Assembly (NCBI GenBank): GCA_023231475.1 | Contig: JALJEE010002231.1 | Coordinates: 1 to 64,000 of the forward strand | DNA: 64,000 nt | Origin: Seison nebaliae | Lineage: Eukaryota | Direction of reading: 5' to 3' | Part shown: one piece after another, positions 11,258 to 24,425 of the stretch | Numbering within the stretch: the first letter of the stretch is position 1 | Layout of the letters: every line of letters begins with the position of its first letter | Made by a program: the position numbers and the translations under genes | The notes under the pieces: model-generated | What the model was told of the DNA's origin: nothing | Seen by the model: the letters and a program-made list of their open reading frames with translations, nothing else | Databases searched by the model: none

Positions 11258-13060
11258 ATGGATGGAAGATTGCAAAAGATGGAAATCGATTATCGAGAGA
11301 TGACCGACGAGAAAATCGAGAAAAGTGAAAAATTGGTAAATGAGAAAGGGAAAGAAGGTTTAAAGGAATCATTGGAAATGTTGGTACCTTTGGAGAAATT
11401 ATGTCGAATTGGGAATGATGTCAATTCATTGAATCGAATCATTGTTGCCATCGTACAATGTTGTTGTGCATGTAACGATTGGCAAGAATGTATGGAACAG
11501 ATGACGGTTTTGACAAAACGACGAAATCAAACGAAAGCGGCAGTGATTAATTTGATTCAGGAGGTAATAAAGAATTTAAAAAGTAAATTATATGAAAAGA
11601 AAGAAGAAGAAGAATTATTATTGAAAGTGATCGATGTAATTCGGACGGTGACTAAAGGAAAGATTTATGTAGAGAATGAACGAGCCGAAGTAACGAAGAA
11701 AATGGCGGAGATCGAAGAAAAGAATGATAATTTAGAGAAAGCGAATGAAGTAATGCAAGAATTACAAGTGGAGACTTATGGAAGTATGGAACGAAAAGAG
11801 AAAGTTCATTTCATTCTCGAACAAATGAGATTAGCTCTTCTTCGACATGATTATATTCGGGCACAAGTCATTTCGAAGAAAATCTCGAAACGATTCTTCA
11901 CCACCGAAGATGATACGGATGAATTGAAATTAACTTTCTATCGACAAATGATTCAAATGGATTGTCATTTCGAGAATTATTTCAACGTCTTTCAACATTA
12001 TCAACAGATCTATATGACCGATTCTATCAAACAAATCAAAGATAAGACGAGAGAAATTCTCATGCCAATGACCACATTCCTCTTACTCGCCTCATTCGAT
12101 AATCAGCAAACGGAAATGATTCATTATCTCACCAAAGACAAACATATGTCACTCGTTCCAACTTATAAGTTTTCTTTTTCTTTTTCTCCATTCTTCATTT
12201 GATTCTTTCTTAGGAATTTATTATCGAAATTTCGTCGAAGTGAAATTATCGATTGGAAGAAATTGTGTGAAGAATTGGAAGATCAATTGAAGAACGGTCA
12301 TAAGAAGGAGAAAGCGACAGGAATTTTCACAAATGAGAAAATTTATGAGACAATTTCCACCACCAACGCTCCAATAACAGCCGTTCCATCTCAATCACAG
12401 AATAAAAAGAATGGAGAAATGACGGTGGGAGAGTATCGATGGAATTTGTTGAAACATCGAGTCGTTGAACATGTTAGGAATTTTTTTATTTTAAATTTAA
12501 TTTAAAAGATTCTTCATTAATCGACCTAATATGGTCATTTTCCGATTGAATTTTAATATTCTCATTCTAAACAGAACTTACGATGTGTGGCGAAATATTA
12601 TTCGAATATCACTATACGTCGTTTATCGGAATTGTTGGATGTGGATGAGGAGAGTAGTGAGAAGGCATTGGCAGAATTAGTAATAAGTGGCGTATTAGCC
12701 GCAAAAATTAATCGATCGGAAAAAAATATAAAATTTTTGAGACATGAAGCACAAGCGCCCGAAACTACCAACGATGTCTCCCATATTAATGGTTCATATT
12801 TTTCAAATTATTTCTCCAAAATAATTATTTCATAATCAACAGATGAGACCAGTATTAAACAATTACATCAAATTCACGTATTGAGATCTGATCTGAATGG
12901 AGAAGGAGATGGAGGAAATTCGTTGAAGAACATTCGAGAACAAGAAACTCCCAAACAAATTTTGGAGGGTTGGAACAGGAATCTCCAAAATCTTATGGCG
13001 TATGTCAATGAGACGCGTCATCTCATCAACAAAGAGGAAATGATTCATACAGTCCGATAA
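11258..13060 (+). CDS. PSMD12: 26S proteasome lid subunit Rpn5
   Basis: GKIYVENERA, ELQVETYGSMERKEKVHFILEQMRL, RVVEH|NLRCVAKYY and C-terminal HLINKEEMIH. Introns 12169-12213, 12473-12574 and 12792-12842 are all GTT. Confidence 0.96.
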
Positions 13061-13244
13061 GAATAAATTGAAATTTTGAATGAAATTTAAGAAGATTGAT
13101 ATTGAAATTCCTCTTTTTTTCTTGACGTGAATTTAAAAAATAAAATTTTATTTCATTAAAATTCTGAATAGAATCTTCTCAATAAAGATTTCATTTATAG
13201 ATTTTAAGAGTCTCATAAAGAAGTTTGAATTAGTAAGCATGGTT

Positions 13245-13258
13245 GTTGTCATGGTAAC
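13245..13258. promoter_or_regulatory. RFX X-box
   Basis: GTTGTCATGGTAAC, a near-palindromic X-box 15 bp upstream of the ATG of the coiled-coil (CCDC83-like) gene. Confidence 0.7.
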
Positions 13259-13273
13259 GACGTGATTAAGATA

Positions 13274-14615
13274 ATGGGTAAAAAAAGTAAAGAGAAAAAA
13301 TCAGAAAGTACACAGAAGAGTAATGATTCGAAAACGACGATATTTCAAGCTCGATTGCTTATGGAGTTCTCAATTGTCTAATTGAAATTTTCATCAATAT
13401 CAATTATTTTCATTTAGAACGAATCATCTAAAAAGTCTTCAGTCAAGAAAGGAAGACGATTTGAGTAAGTTGAGGAAGGAATTGGAGGAAGTGGAGAAGG
13501 AGTGGAGATATTTGGAGAATGAGAGAAAGAATGGATTGGAAAGATTATTAGAAGAGAAACGGAAGAATGATCAGAATAAAAACGACACAACTCAAAAAGA
13601 TGTTAATGATTCAAATGAAATTGAATTACATTAAATTTCCATTCAGGTTCTCGAAGCAATCGAAAGAAAGAAATTGATATTCGATCAATTTAATTTACAA
13701 TACGAAAGTTCCATCCTTGATTGATTTCCGATATATTTATTGTTTGATATCCAGATGAAATATCAAAAGAGAAAAAGAAAAAGAAATCAGCAATGGAACT
13801 ATTAAAGAAGATTGAGCATGATCGAACATTCCGTGACAAAATGAAAAAGGAGAACGAGAATATGATTGAACAACTTGAGAAGGAGAAAGAAGAATCGATA
13901 AATCGATTCTCAGTAATTTCCGGTTTTCATCATTCATTATCATCTTCTTCACCAATTCTCATTCGTTTAAAAGATTATTTAAAAAAATTAATGAAGAAGA
14001 ATAAAGACGAAGAAAAGGTGAAAGCAGAAAATATCATTTATGAGAAACAAACGAAAGAGGCCGATGTTTAAATTAATTCTTCTTTTTCTTCTTCTTCATT
14101 TTTCTCTCGTAGAAAGTTCTCCAATTCGTCGATAAAGAAACGATGAAGAAGATGACAGATAATATTTGGATTGAAAAAGAATGTGAAATTCATCGGAAAG
14201 AACAAAAGAATATTTTGGAAGATATCAAAAAAGAGAAAGAAGAGATTGAAAATCTTTTGAGAAATTTGTTCTCATCAGTCTCTAACAGTTTCCAACGTGA
14301 CACGTTTCTACTTTTCACTTTCATCATTCTCTCACCATCTTCATTTCTATTAGATATTTAGACAAAACTTATTTTGATGACGACACAATTAATAGTAAAA
14401 AGAGTAAACTACTTCTATTGACGATGTCGTCGGAGAATATCGGACGTCATTTGGAAGAGTTGACGGCAGCAAATATTCCCAGTCCAACAAATCAGAAATG
14501 TGAAGATGAATTGATTGAGAATGATATGGAAATCAAATACTCTCAAATTGAATGGCCAATAACAACAGATATGTTGAATGAAATATTGGAAGAGAAGAAG
14601 AAAGAGGAAAATTAA
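13274..14615 (+). CDS. CCDC83: Coiled-coil protein, CCDC83-like (probably ciliary)
   Basis: Seven exons, with GTT introns at 13366-13417, 13602-13646, 13708-13754, 13923-13973, 14066-14112 and 14304-14353. Segments TQKDVLEAIERK and FVDKETMKKMTDNIWIEKECEIHRKE resemble CCDC83 as I recall it; an X-box lies upstream. Confidence 0.6.
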
Positions 14616-14815
14616 AGGAAATTAAAAAAATAAAGAAATTCTATGAAGAAATTTATATGGAAATGAGAATTTCCTCATTATTTCTCCTTTATTCAAATTT
14701 CCCCAATTTGATTATTGCCAAAAATGAAGATTTTCAGAGAATTTATAAAATTTTTAAGGACTAGTAAAAATAATTGAGTCGAAAAAAAAAAGAAAAGAAA
14801 AAACATAATAGGCTC

Positions 14816-15755
14816 TTAATAAATGGCGATAATGTGGAGGAAGTTATCTGGTGAACTCAGATGTTCGCACATGTATTGGATTGGAACGTTGAAAGATGGG
14901 ACGATACCTTGAACGATAAATTGTCCTTCAGAAATGATTTGTTGAACGTTTTCTTTCATTTCGAATTTTTCTAGAATCCATTCGAGCAAATCTCGAAATC
15001 GTCGTTTGTTCCCCTCACCATCTATCGGAGAGAAGAGTGCTTGATAGAAATTGAAATTGTTCATCTTTTCATTCTTCTTCCTGTAATAATAACGAAAAGG
15101 AATGTTGTGGAAGCAATTCGTCAATTTATTCTTCCTCATCAGAAGTCGATTAATCTCCCAAAACTGTTTGAAATTATTGGTTGATAATGACGTCCATAAT
15201 TGTTTGTGTTGTTGAGCGGTCATTGTTTGAAGTATTTCGCCATGATGTTTCAATTCATCCGCTTCTTTTAACGTCGACATAAAATAATTTTCTAATGGAA
15301 GTAAATCGTCGTTGGACATTTGAAGGATTTGTTCGAAAGGAAATTTTCCATATTTCGCCCGAATTACCCACGGGACTGGTTTGGGTGATATGTGAACTGT
15401 ATGTAAATCATATAAGAGACCGATGGGTAATTGCCATCTTAATGGTTCGTCTTGGAATTCGAACCAAATACTATCATTCCTCATAGGATCGAGAAAAGAA
15501 GTGAAATATCGATCAAATTTCCTCATGATTATTGGGAAATATGTGTTACGATGAACAGATATCTAAAAATAGATTTTATTATAATTAGATTTTTAAAAAA
15601 ATATTAACATAAACGGGATCGGGAGATTCACTCGACAGAAAGACGGAAGATTCGTCTAATTCGATTCGAATGGTAACGGTACCATTCCATAATTCTTCCA
15701 ACAATTCGTCATCAAAATGATGATCGACATTTTCCAATTTCTTCTCTTCACTCAT
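14816..15755 (-). CDS. ATG5: Autophagy protein 5
   Basis: ELWNGTV.., intron 15563-15608, then IWFEFQDEPLRWQLPIGLLYDL, PWVI, KEADELKH, IPFR and HLSSPDNFLHI. Confidence 0.95.
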
Positions 15756-16027
15756 TCTTCGCTCATTCTCCTTCTGATCGATGAATCTTTTCTCAGAAAA
15801 TCAAGAAGTTTTTATTTACGAAATCTTCATCTTAACTTCTCCCCCTCCAATCTCGAAGTGAATCGAATGGAAATTATTTGATTGTTTTAATGGAAAAATT
15901 TCAAATTTCAAATTTTTCGGCTTATCAATCCAAATTCGAATACAATGCCATGAAGAGGAGTGGAGAAAGATTAAAATTATTTTTCACGGACATGTATCTG
16001 AAGAAAATTGAGAAATTAAATTGAAAA

Positions 16028-17092
16028 ATGAAATTGGGACGAATTATTTGGAATAAATGGAAAGAGATCGGTCGAATTCAAGATGTCAATTCCATCAGCA
16101 AACCATATGAAACGGGTCAATTATTTTTCCATCGCATTTTCGGTTATCGTGGCGTTCTCCTGTTTTCATGGAAAGCGAAATCATTTGATCGATCATTAAA
16201 TAAACAACCGAAAGATTTATATTCATGTTCGAAATCTGATAAAAATAATCCATCTCATAAGAAAGATGAAGAGGATAATTTAACGAAAAATTATTTCAAT
16301 AAATTCATATTGACAGATAATGTGGAGAATGGAAAAGAAGATAAATTGAATGATGAAGATAATGGAATAAATCATGATTTGTGTTATCAAGCATTGGTAG
16401 ACGCGAGAGATTTACCATCTATCCGATCTCAAGTGGAAACCGTCACTTTCTTAAGTAAACAAAGTCGATCATTATATGTCATTCCAGGAATGGATTATGT
16501 GAATCATGAAGATATTATTCCTTATGGAATGGATAAATTGAAATCGGAAGAAAACGGTAATCAAATCACAAATATTCCAATTAAACATGATCTTTATCCA
16601 AAATTTCTTCATCATCAAGATGACGGTTCGGTTATTGGAAGGAGAGCATTATCTGCTTGGAAAGATCGCAATTATCCATGGTTACATTTGAGTGACATTT
16701 ATCGAGATGAAACAGCTGGTGTTCGTATCACTGTCATTCCATTCTATATGGGAGAACGCGATTCGACAAGATGGTGGAGATATTGTGTCCGAATAGAAAA
16801 CTTCTCTTCAACACCATTCATTGTTCGTGAACGTCATTGGAGAATCTTCTCCATATCTGGCACATTAGAGACAGTGCGAGGAAAAGGAGTTATTGGAACA
16901 GAACCAATTTTGGATTCAAATCAACCTGTTTTTCAATATTCATCTCATGTATCACTAGAAGCACCATCTGGTCATATGTGGGGAACATATCGAATGGAAT
17001 CGAATGTGGGACGATCGTTCGATGTACGAATTCCTGCCTTCAATCTAGTTAGTCAATTAGAAACGGAAAATTCTCAAAATGATGGAAAATGA
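16028..17092 (+). CDS. POLDIP2: Polymerase delta-interacting protein 2 (YccV + ApaG domains), single exon
   Basis: YETGQLFFHRIFGYRGV, RITVIPFYMG, WWRYCVRIEN, RERHWRIFSISGTLETVRGKGVIG, FQYSSHVSLEAPSGHMWGTY. Confidence 0.95.
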   Translation: MKLGRIIWNKWKEIGRIQDVNSISKPYETGQLFFHRIFGYRGVLLFSWKAKSFDRSLNKQPKDLYSCSKSDKNNPSHKKDEEDNLTKNYFNKFILTDNVENGKEDKLNDEDNGINHDLCYQALVDARDLPSIRSQVETVTFLSKQSRSLYVIPGMDYVNHEDIIPYGMDKLKSEENGNQITNIPIKHDLYPKFLHHQDDGSVIGRRALSAWKDRNYPWLHLSDIYRDETAGVRITVIPFYMGERDSTRWWRYCVRIENFSSTPFIVRERHWRIFSISGTLETVRGKGVIGTEPILDSNQPVFQYSSHVSLEAPSGHMWGTYRMESNVGRSFDVRIPAFNLVSQLETENSQNDGK

Positions 17093-17191
17093 ATTTGTTT
17101 TTTGTTGTTCAAATAAAAAATTTTATTTTTCCTTTTAATTTCAATATCTCAATAAAATTTCACAATTATTTACAGTCAGACGAAGATCATC

Positions 17192-18822
17192 TTATTCTTC
17201 TTTCCTTCTCATTTTCGATGAATGATTCCGTAAATTCCATTTCTTTGTGAATTTCTCCGGTTTTCGTCGTCGTTTTCTCTCATGTTCTCCTTCCAATTTA
17301 GCACGTCTCTGACGTTCTAAATCAAGTCAAAATAATAAGAGATATGATATTGAGAAATGAAATTGAATGACTAACTGAACATTTTCCATTTAACGGGTGC
17401 AATCGATTGACTGAAATCCACATGAATTCGTCGATCATCAATAAGAGAATTATTCATTTTGAAATAAGCTCTCTCACAATCCTCTTTCTAACAATGTAAA
17501 TGAGAATGAATATTAGAAATTTTAGAAGAAAATGAAAAAAGAAAGAGAGAAACTTTGTCATATTCGATGAATCCATATCCCAATGAATTGCCCGAATTCT
17601 CATCTTTGATGATATTGCAACTGATTGGAAAAATAAATTATTTATAAATTAAAGTCAATAATAAAATGAACCTGATAATACGACCGTATTTTGAGAAGAT
17701 AATCTCCAAATCATCTTCATCTGTTATCGAATTCAATTTACAAACAAACAAAATATTCTCCGGTGGTTTAATATCCGCATATGGTAAGTCACCCATCTTA
17801 AAGAAGTGAATTAATAAATGAATGGAAAGAAGAACTAACAATTTCTAATAAAGTTCCATGAGCTTTCTCTTCTTTGACTTGTTTGATCTGTTCCAATTCT
17901 TCATCATTCTTCCCTTCTAACAGATTATCATTTTCATCCACACAAATCATTCCATTCTATTATCATATTATTATTCAATTATCAATAAGAAAAAAAGAAT
18001 GATGAAGAATAAACTTCGACGTCAGAAATCGTTGGAGGTGGTGATTTCCTTCCGAATCGTTTATGTTCATCATCAGTCCATTGGAATGGATCTTGAATGA
18101 CGACTATGTGATAAATCCTGTTGAGAATGAGATTCAAATAAGAATAATTTAAATAATTCTCACATGATGTCTTGTAGAGGTCGACCGTTTTTATCACAAA
18201 AAACATCATTGATACTTGAAAGAACTTCCATTGATTTTGATGTTTTTGAGTGATCATCCTCTTCTTCTACCACATGTCCAATGACTCGATGATTCATATC
18301 ATCCAATCGATCACCGTCACGATCGAGACTAATGAAAAACTATGGAGAAATATGTTGAAATTTTTCCCAAAAACAAGTTGGAGGAACTTGTGAACCAAAT
18401 TGATTTTGTCCGACATTCACTAACGATACTGTTCCATAAGTATGTTTCTTCTTCTCCGAATGAGGTGCCAACCATAATAAATCTCGTTTACTCTTCCCGA
18501 TGAAACTAGAAAATTACAAAGAAAGAATAAAGAAAGAAACTGTTGATATGATTCACCCATTGTCCATTGACGATTCTTATTCGCACCAACTTGACATAGA
18601 AAATTTCTCTAAATTCATATAATTAGAAAAAAAAATTTTAAGAAAAAATTAATTCGAACTATATTATACAGATAATTATCTAACTTGAACGTTGTTGAAG
18701 ATGGTGAAATTATAATATTTCGTTCGACATAATCCAAGGAAATTCTTCACTGCTTTCGCCTCCTCGTCGACGAGCAGATCGATCGTCATACAACCGATGG
18801 AACTTTCGATGACGACTGACAT
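17192..18822 (-). CDS. PPIL4: Cyclophilin-RRM protein
   Basis: [74 protein letters not shown]. Nine introns: 18609-18684, 18506-18540, 18340-18387, 18118-18163 (GTG), 17957-18014, 17797-17839, 17621-17671, 17488-17553, 17317-17375. Confidence 0.93.
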
Positions 18823-19069
18823 AATTCAATTGAAAAACTTTTTCCAACTTTCTCACAATGCTGACGACAACTAACGGTAATCAGACGTAGATGCGAATAT
18901 ACGCGAACATATATGAATAGAATGAAAAATTATATCGAATTAAAATCAACTTCCCAATTTATTCAAATGACAGGCCGTCCTCAATTTAACAATTTTCTCG
19001 TGTTTTTTCTTTTTACCGCCAATTATCTCCACGCCAATTTTATCTGCAAATCCGTTCCCAAGTACCAGA

Positions 19070-20691
19070 ATGGGAAAGTTTCAGAATGATGATCGTTTCA
19101 AAAAAATTAAAAAAGATAAACGTTTTCGTCTCTTTCAACAAAATGAGTCGAAAGTAAAAGTGGATGATCGATTCTCTTCCATGTTCACGAAAAAACAATT
19201 CCAGAAACAATTCCAAATAGACAAACGAGGTAAATCAGTCACTAAATCTTCGTTGGATGAATTGAAAAATTTTTTCGTTGTCGATAAAGAGAATAAAAAT
19301 GTAAGTCCTGATGATGATGATGATGATGATGAAGAAAAAACTGAGGAAGAAGAAGAAAATGATGATGATGAAGATGGTAATGAGGAGGAGGAGGAAGAAG
19401 AAGAAGAAGAAGAAGTGAATGATGAAATAAAAATCGAAGGAAGTTTTTTGGATTTAGTGGATGAGAATAATATTGAGATGGATGAAATGACATCACGGTT
19501 TTTAGCAATTTGTAATTGTAAATGGGATGTGGTGAAATCAGTGGATTTATTTGCTCTCTTTACCTCATTTATTGAGAGTGAGAAGTTGTTATCAATTTCC
19601 GTTTATCGAAGTAGTTATGGAATAAAAGAATTGGAGAAAGAAGCAGAAAACGGACCAACACCATTCAGCAAATCCAATAAAGATCCTTATGAATTGAGAC
19701 AATTGAAATATTATTTCGCTGTCGCCATCTTCGCCGACGATGAGACAGCTATCCAACTCTACAATGAATGTGACGGATTAGAATTCGAAACATCAGGAAA
19801 TCGATTAGATCTTCGATTTATCAATAATGATGACATGTATTTCGATGAATCGAATCTCGATAATCGTATTACAATGACAGATTGGAAATCACAGAATTTA
19901 TCAGAATCATATGAAGCACCTCCAACTTTCTATTGTCAATCGTTGTCCAATACGATTTTAGATAATTCTTTAAATAATTGGGATTGTAACGATTTGCGAC
20001 GACAGAAAATTTTCGAGAAAATTTTTGACGATGATTCGTGGAAGAAAAGTTTCTTCTTCTTTTCTCCTCCTCTTCCTCCTCATCATCATCATATCCTCAT
20101 CACTTAGATAAGAAGAAAAGACGTAAATTGGAAGAAGATGACGAACTTGACAATTTAACAAATTCATTATCCGCTTATATTGCTCCACCATCATCCGATG
20201 AAGAATCGGAGGAACTCCAAACCGATATCAACGATATGAATGAGGTGAAGAAGAAAGTGGCAATTCTCTCCAAACAAACCCAACAAAGAAAACCACCAGA
20301 GAAAAAGAGAAATATTGAAAGAAAAGAAAAATCTCCAATTCACGTTCAACCAGACAATTCAAATGATAAGACGAATAATGAAGAACCCGAAGAGAAAAAT
20401 CATTTTCTGGTGACGGATCTCGTGAAATTCGAGAAATTGTTGAAGAAGAAAAAGAAATCGAAGAAACAACAAAAAGTTTTCGAACGACTACAAAAGAAAT
20501 ATAAGAACGATAAATTTGAAGTTTTTTTCCCATTTGATTTTTTTTGAATTTTAAATTTTTTTTCTTTTCAGTTCAATTCAGAAGACAATCGTTTCATGAA
20601 GGAACTGAATAATAATCATTTGTTTCATATCGATCCTACATCTTCCCAATATCATGCAACGCCAGCGATGAAAAATTTAATGAAACGATAA
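19070..20691 (+). CDS. ESF1: Pre-rRNA processing protein ESF1
   Basis: DDRF..KVKVDDRFSSMF..DKRG, acidic tract, TSRFLAICNCKWD, YELRQLKYYFAV, YNECDGLEFE..LDLRFI and a NUC153-like FNSEDNRF..FHIDPT. Introns 20049-20107 and 20521-20571. Confidence 0.92.
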
Positions 20692-21608
20692 AATTTATTT
20701 TTAATTTTCTTTTCAATTTTATTTCTGTAATTTCTTCTCACGACATTTCTCCATTGTCGATTTCCATGTTTCATTATTAAATTCAAAAGTTAATAAAAAA
20801 TACGAATGTCATTAAATTACAGAGAGGGGAGGAAGGAAGTAAGAATAATGGAATGAACTTCCCATTTTGAGAAGACGAGTAATTTCATATCGAATATGTC
20901 TCGGTTGGGGACAAGTTCGTTTCGTTGTGATTGTTGGTAGGAAACAGTTGAATTCTTATGATTTCACTGAAATTTTTTTATTGTTCAGTTGTTATTTTTT
21001 GAAAAGAATGGTTGTGGAGAGAAGAGTTATTGTGGAACGTATTTCTTTCGAAATCATTAGCACCTAAAGACGTTTGATTGAATAAAATTATTAAATTGAA
21101 TGACATACATGATGGAGAATGGAAAGAGTATGTATGTGAAGATAATTAAGTTCATCTATTCATGAATCGTAGTCAATTGTCATTATTGTTTGAGTTGGTA
21201 ATGATTGGAACTTTTGTTCAATTCAATTTCTCCATTCCTCATTTTAGGTTGCCTTCTCCTCCTCAAACTCCAGTGGTAGACGAAATTGAGTTGATTATTT
21301 ATTGAACAAACAAGATGAGACTGAATGTAATGACTCTCTTCTTCTTATGAAACAATTGGGTTCCGACCGAATTATTCTAATATAGAATTCCCATTCTCTA
21401 CTTATATTGAGAGGAAGGAAAGGTGTTTGTTGTTAACTAACACAATATTTAACTTTTAATGCTCTTCCATCATTCACGTCCTTCTTTATAGCTCATCGCA
21501 ATATATGTGATCATAGAAATAGAACGGAAATATTAATTTAAAAAATTTTATTCAATCGATTTCTCACGAAATTCCTTTTAAACGTTCTATCAAATTCTTC
21601 ATCGCTTG

Positions 21609-21621
21609 GTTACCTAGCAAC
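21609..21621. promoter_or_regulatory. RFX X-box-like motif with no obvious target gene
   Basis: GTTACCTAGCAAC matches the RFX consensus GTTRCC-N-RGYAAC. Confidence 0.45.
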
Positions 21622-21895
21622 GTGACTTGATAAGCCCAAGAATGATTCATGTCAATTCTATTACTGTCACTTTTCTACGATAACCAAACAATGCAGATTT
21701 AGTTATCATCCTAATTACGATTGTATAAATGATCTATGACTCCAAAGTAATAGAACTCTGGCATTTGGAAAATAGAAAGTACCAACTCCAAATCTGTTAG
21801 ATTTGAAAATCCAGACATGTTTTCACTTCTCATCATTATGTGAGTATCGAATCACCATTTCAATCTCGTTTTTATAGAGACTTTAAGTAATCATA

Positions 21896-24113
21896 AAATT
21901 CGGGTGTATATTACGGGACGTATTTTTTCTGTCTTACTTATTTAGAGAAACGATTTATTTTCCGTTACTTTTGTTTTTCCTACACACTAATTGTCTTGTT
22001 TTCTTCTCAGAAGTCGATAACTGGCTAATCCAATTTCATTATTAAATAAAATTATAATAATTATTATTATCAAAGAGAAAAAACTCAAAGAAATATGCAA
22101 AATGGTACGCTCCTCAACAATGAACAAAACAATAATCAATCAAGTCCTCCCAATGATCCTTCCAATCAAGGAAGAATCCACCGTTTACCGTCATCAAAAC
22201 AACGACCCTTCCACCCGCTCAAAACGGGATAGATCAGGGCTCCCAACAGTCCATCGAAAAAATGAGGAAATTGAAAGAATCTCAAACGTGCAAATCATGT
22301 CACAATTAAAGGAGTCAATGTCATCTTTGGCTAGCTCCTTCATCCTCTCCGACAAATCTTACGAACTTATGGAAGAGATCGCTACGTCGTTAAGGATCAT
22401 AATAGCAAACCAAAAAATTATTATCGAGAATAGTGGAAAACAGAACACTTCCCACACCTGTGATAAAGGTACGAATTCTCGAGAACAAAAAATCACCTCA
22501 TATCGAGACGCTCTTAATTCGAGAACGAATGACTCTTCGTCTGCAACCTCCACTCTTCTCAACGCTAGTGTTCAGCCAATTCACTCGGATGTTTCTTCGT
22601 CCAAACTAACCAAGAATAAATCGCCAGATAAGAAACCTGAAACGACGAAGCGACAGAAAAGAAAGAACGCCGCCGCTCAATCTGGGACACGTACCTCCTG
22701 TATTGTGCACGGTGCGCAATTCCGCCCCCCGAAGCCCATTTTCCGCTCCGTACTGGTCACCAAGTTCGTACCTTCCACTACTCCGAGTGACGTTGACAAC
22801 CTCATCTCCGATTCTAACGTGGTCCCATTCTCCGACGAAGTTGCAACTACTCCTCGCTCCTTTATCATCTGAACCGAACATTTGGCCGCATAATACGTTC
22901 GTGCGTCCGTTCTATTTCTCCTCAACCATCAATAATTTCCTCCGCGATCGGTGAATTGAATTTATCAATCAATCTACCACTATCAAGAAAGGCGCTCCTT
23001 CAGCAGCTGCACCAAAAAACTCTTCTTCGACTGATTCTTTAATGTACGATCCCGTCACCTCTTTATGACATAATTCCTCTCCTACCACAAAAAAATCTTC
23101 ATCTTTGGACATTTCTATCGATATTCGATACCTCACTTTCCTCTCTCTCAATACGCATGGTTCTACCAACCTCCGATCCTCTATTTCATTTTTCTCTGGT
23201 TTTGACATCATCTTCTGCCAAGAGACCTGGCTCGTTGGCTCGAAACCATCTTGGTTTGAAGTGGCCCACCATCTATGCTTCAACACCACCGCTTTTTCAC
23301 CCGATTAGCATAATGGCCCTGGTAGACCATCTGGTTGCCTATGTACTCTGATTTCTAAGTATGTCCATCCTTTTCTTACCCAACTATCGATGGATGTAGT
23401 TTGCTTTTTCGTTCGTAATATCTTATGTTTCAATATCTACCTTCGATCCAGTGATTTTTCAGGTTTCTGTTCCTCTCTCTTAGTCATTGAATCTACTATC
23501 TCTAACAGTAAGTATCAATCGACCGATTTTATCGACTGCATTCCTCTCATCCATATCTTCCCAATTCATCGACTACAAAATGTGTGCGGAAAATTCTATC
23601 ACTTTCACATCACATACGGGTAGTTCATGGATAGATCATTTCATCATCATCGACAACCTAAGTTCTTCTGCTGTCGCCTGAGAAATTATTGTGGATTCTT
23701 TCCTTTCATCTCTTTCCGACCACCTTCTTATTTCCCTCACAATCTCCAATCCTTCCTGCCCAACTCCAATGGCCCTGGGTTCTCCGAATCCCGCTCCACG
23801 TAACAATACCTGCAAGCACTATTGTAAACTCCCAATACCTAGTGCTACCATTGTACTCTTTGGAGACCATTTTTCTCTGTTCCCACCGGTCTTTTCTCTC
23901 CATGGACCGAGCCTACAATCGGCTCATTAGGAGTGTGATCTGCTGCTTTCATAGATGTAATCGCTCACTTCTTTTCGCCACTGCGAGTTTCTCACCACTT
24001 TCAATTCTTTTATGCCGTCGTATTTTTTCGCTCGTGGACATTATCATTTGTTAAATGTGTCACACAATTCATCAATTTGTTCAATAGACGAATATAAACG
24101 TACAAATACAAAA
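21896..24113 (+). mobile_element. Decayed, internally deleted non-LTR retrotransposon (CR1/L2/Jockey-group-like): ORF1 plus AP-endonuclease, no reverse transcriptase
   Basis: Higher GC than the flanks. ORF1 from 22102 with VTKFVPSTT and a frameshifted WP.NTFVRPF. APE motifs LSLNTHG, DIIFCQETW, GRPSG, NIYL, FTS..GSSWIDHF and SDH, with an in-frame TAG at 23306-23308 and frameshifts. 3' end GACGAATATAAACG(TACAAA)2. The 5' boundary is approximate. Confidence 0.75.
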
Positions 24114-24425
24114 TAATTATCATAGACTATAGTAAATATTGGTCTACTGTACGGTTCTCTAGGACATTCGTTCTGATGAATGAAAGTTCTAGAATTTTTT
24201 CTTTCAACTGAATTCTACAGTTTTATCTTATTATATCAATGAATACCAGTTCCAGTTCGGATGGATATGAAAACGATGTCGAAGGGAAAACTAATATAAT
24301 AACTGCCAAGTACTCGATGTATCTGTCATTAATTTAAGATTAATTACTACAGTGTCTTTGTGGAGTTGAATGGAATGAAAAGAAAAATCATTTTGACAAA
24401 TAATTAGAACAAATATTTTATGTTA

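Noticed and set aside
19242..20533. Poly-His/Leu and other minus-strand ORFs over ESF1
   Set aside because: Antisense to the acidic and Lys-rich tracts of ESF1.
21100..21370. Possible small spliced gene (LPSPPQTPVVDEI) near the orphan X-box
   Set aside because: No exon chain on either strand gave a convincing open frame.
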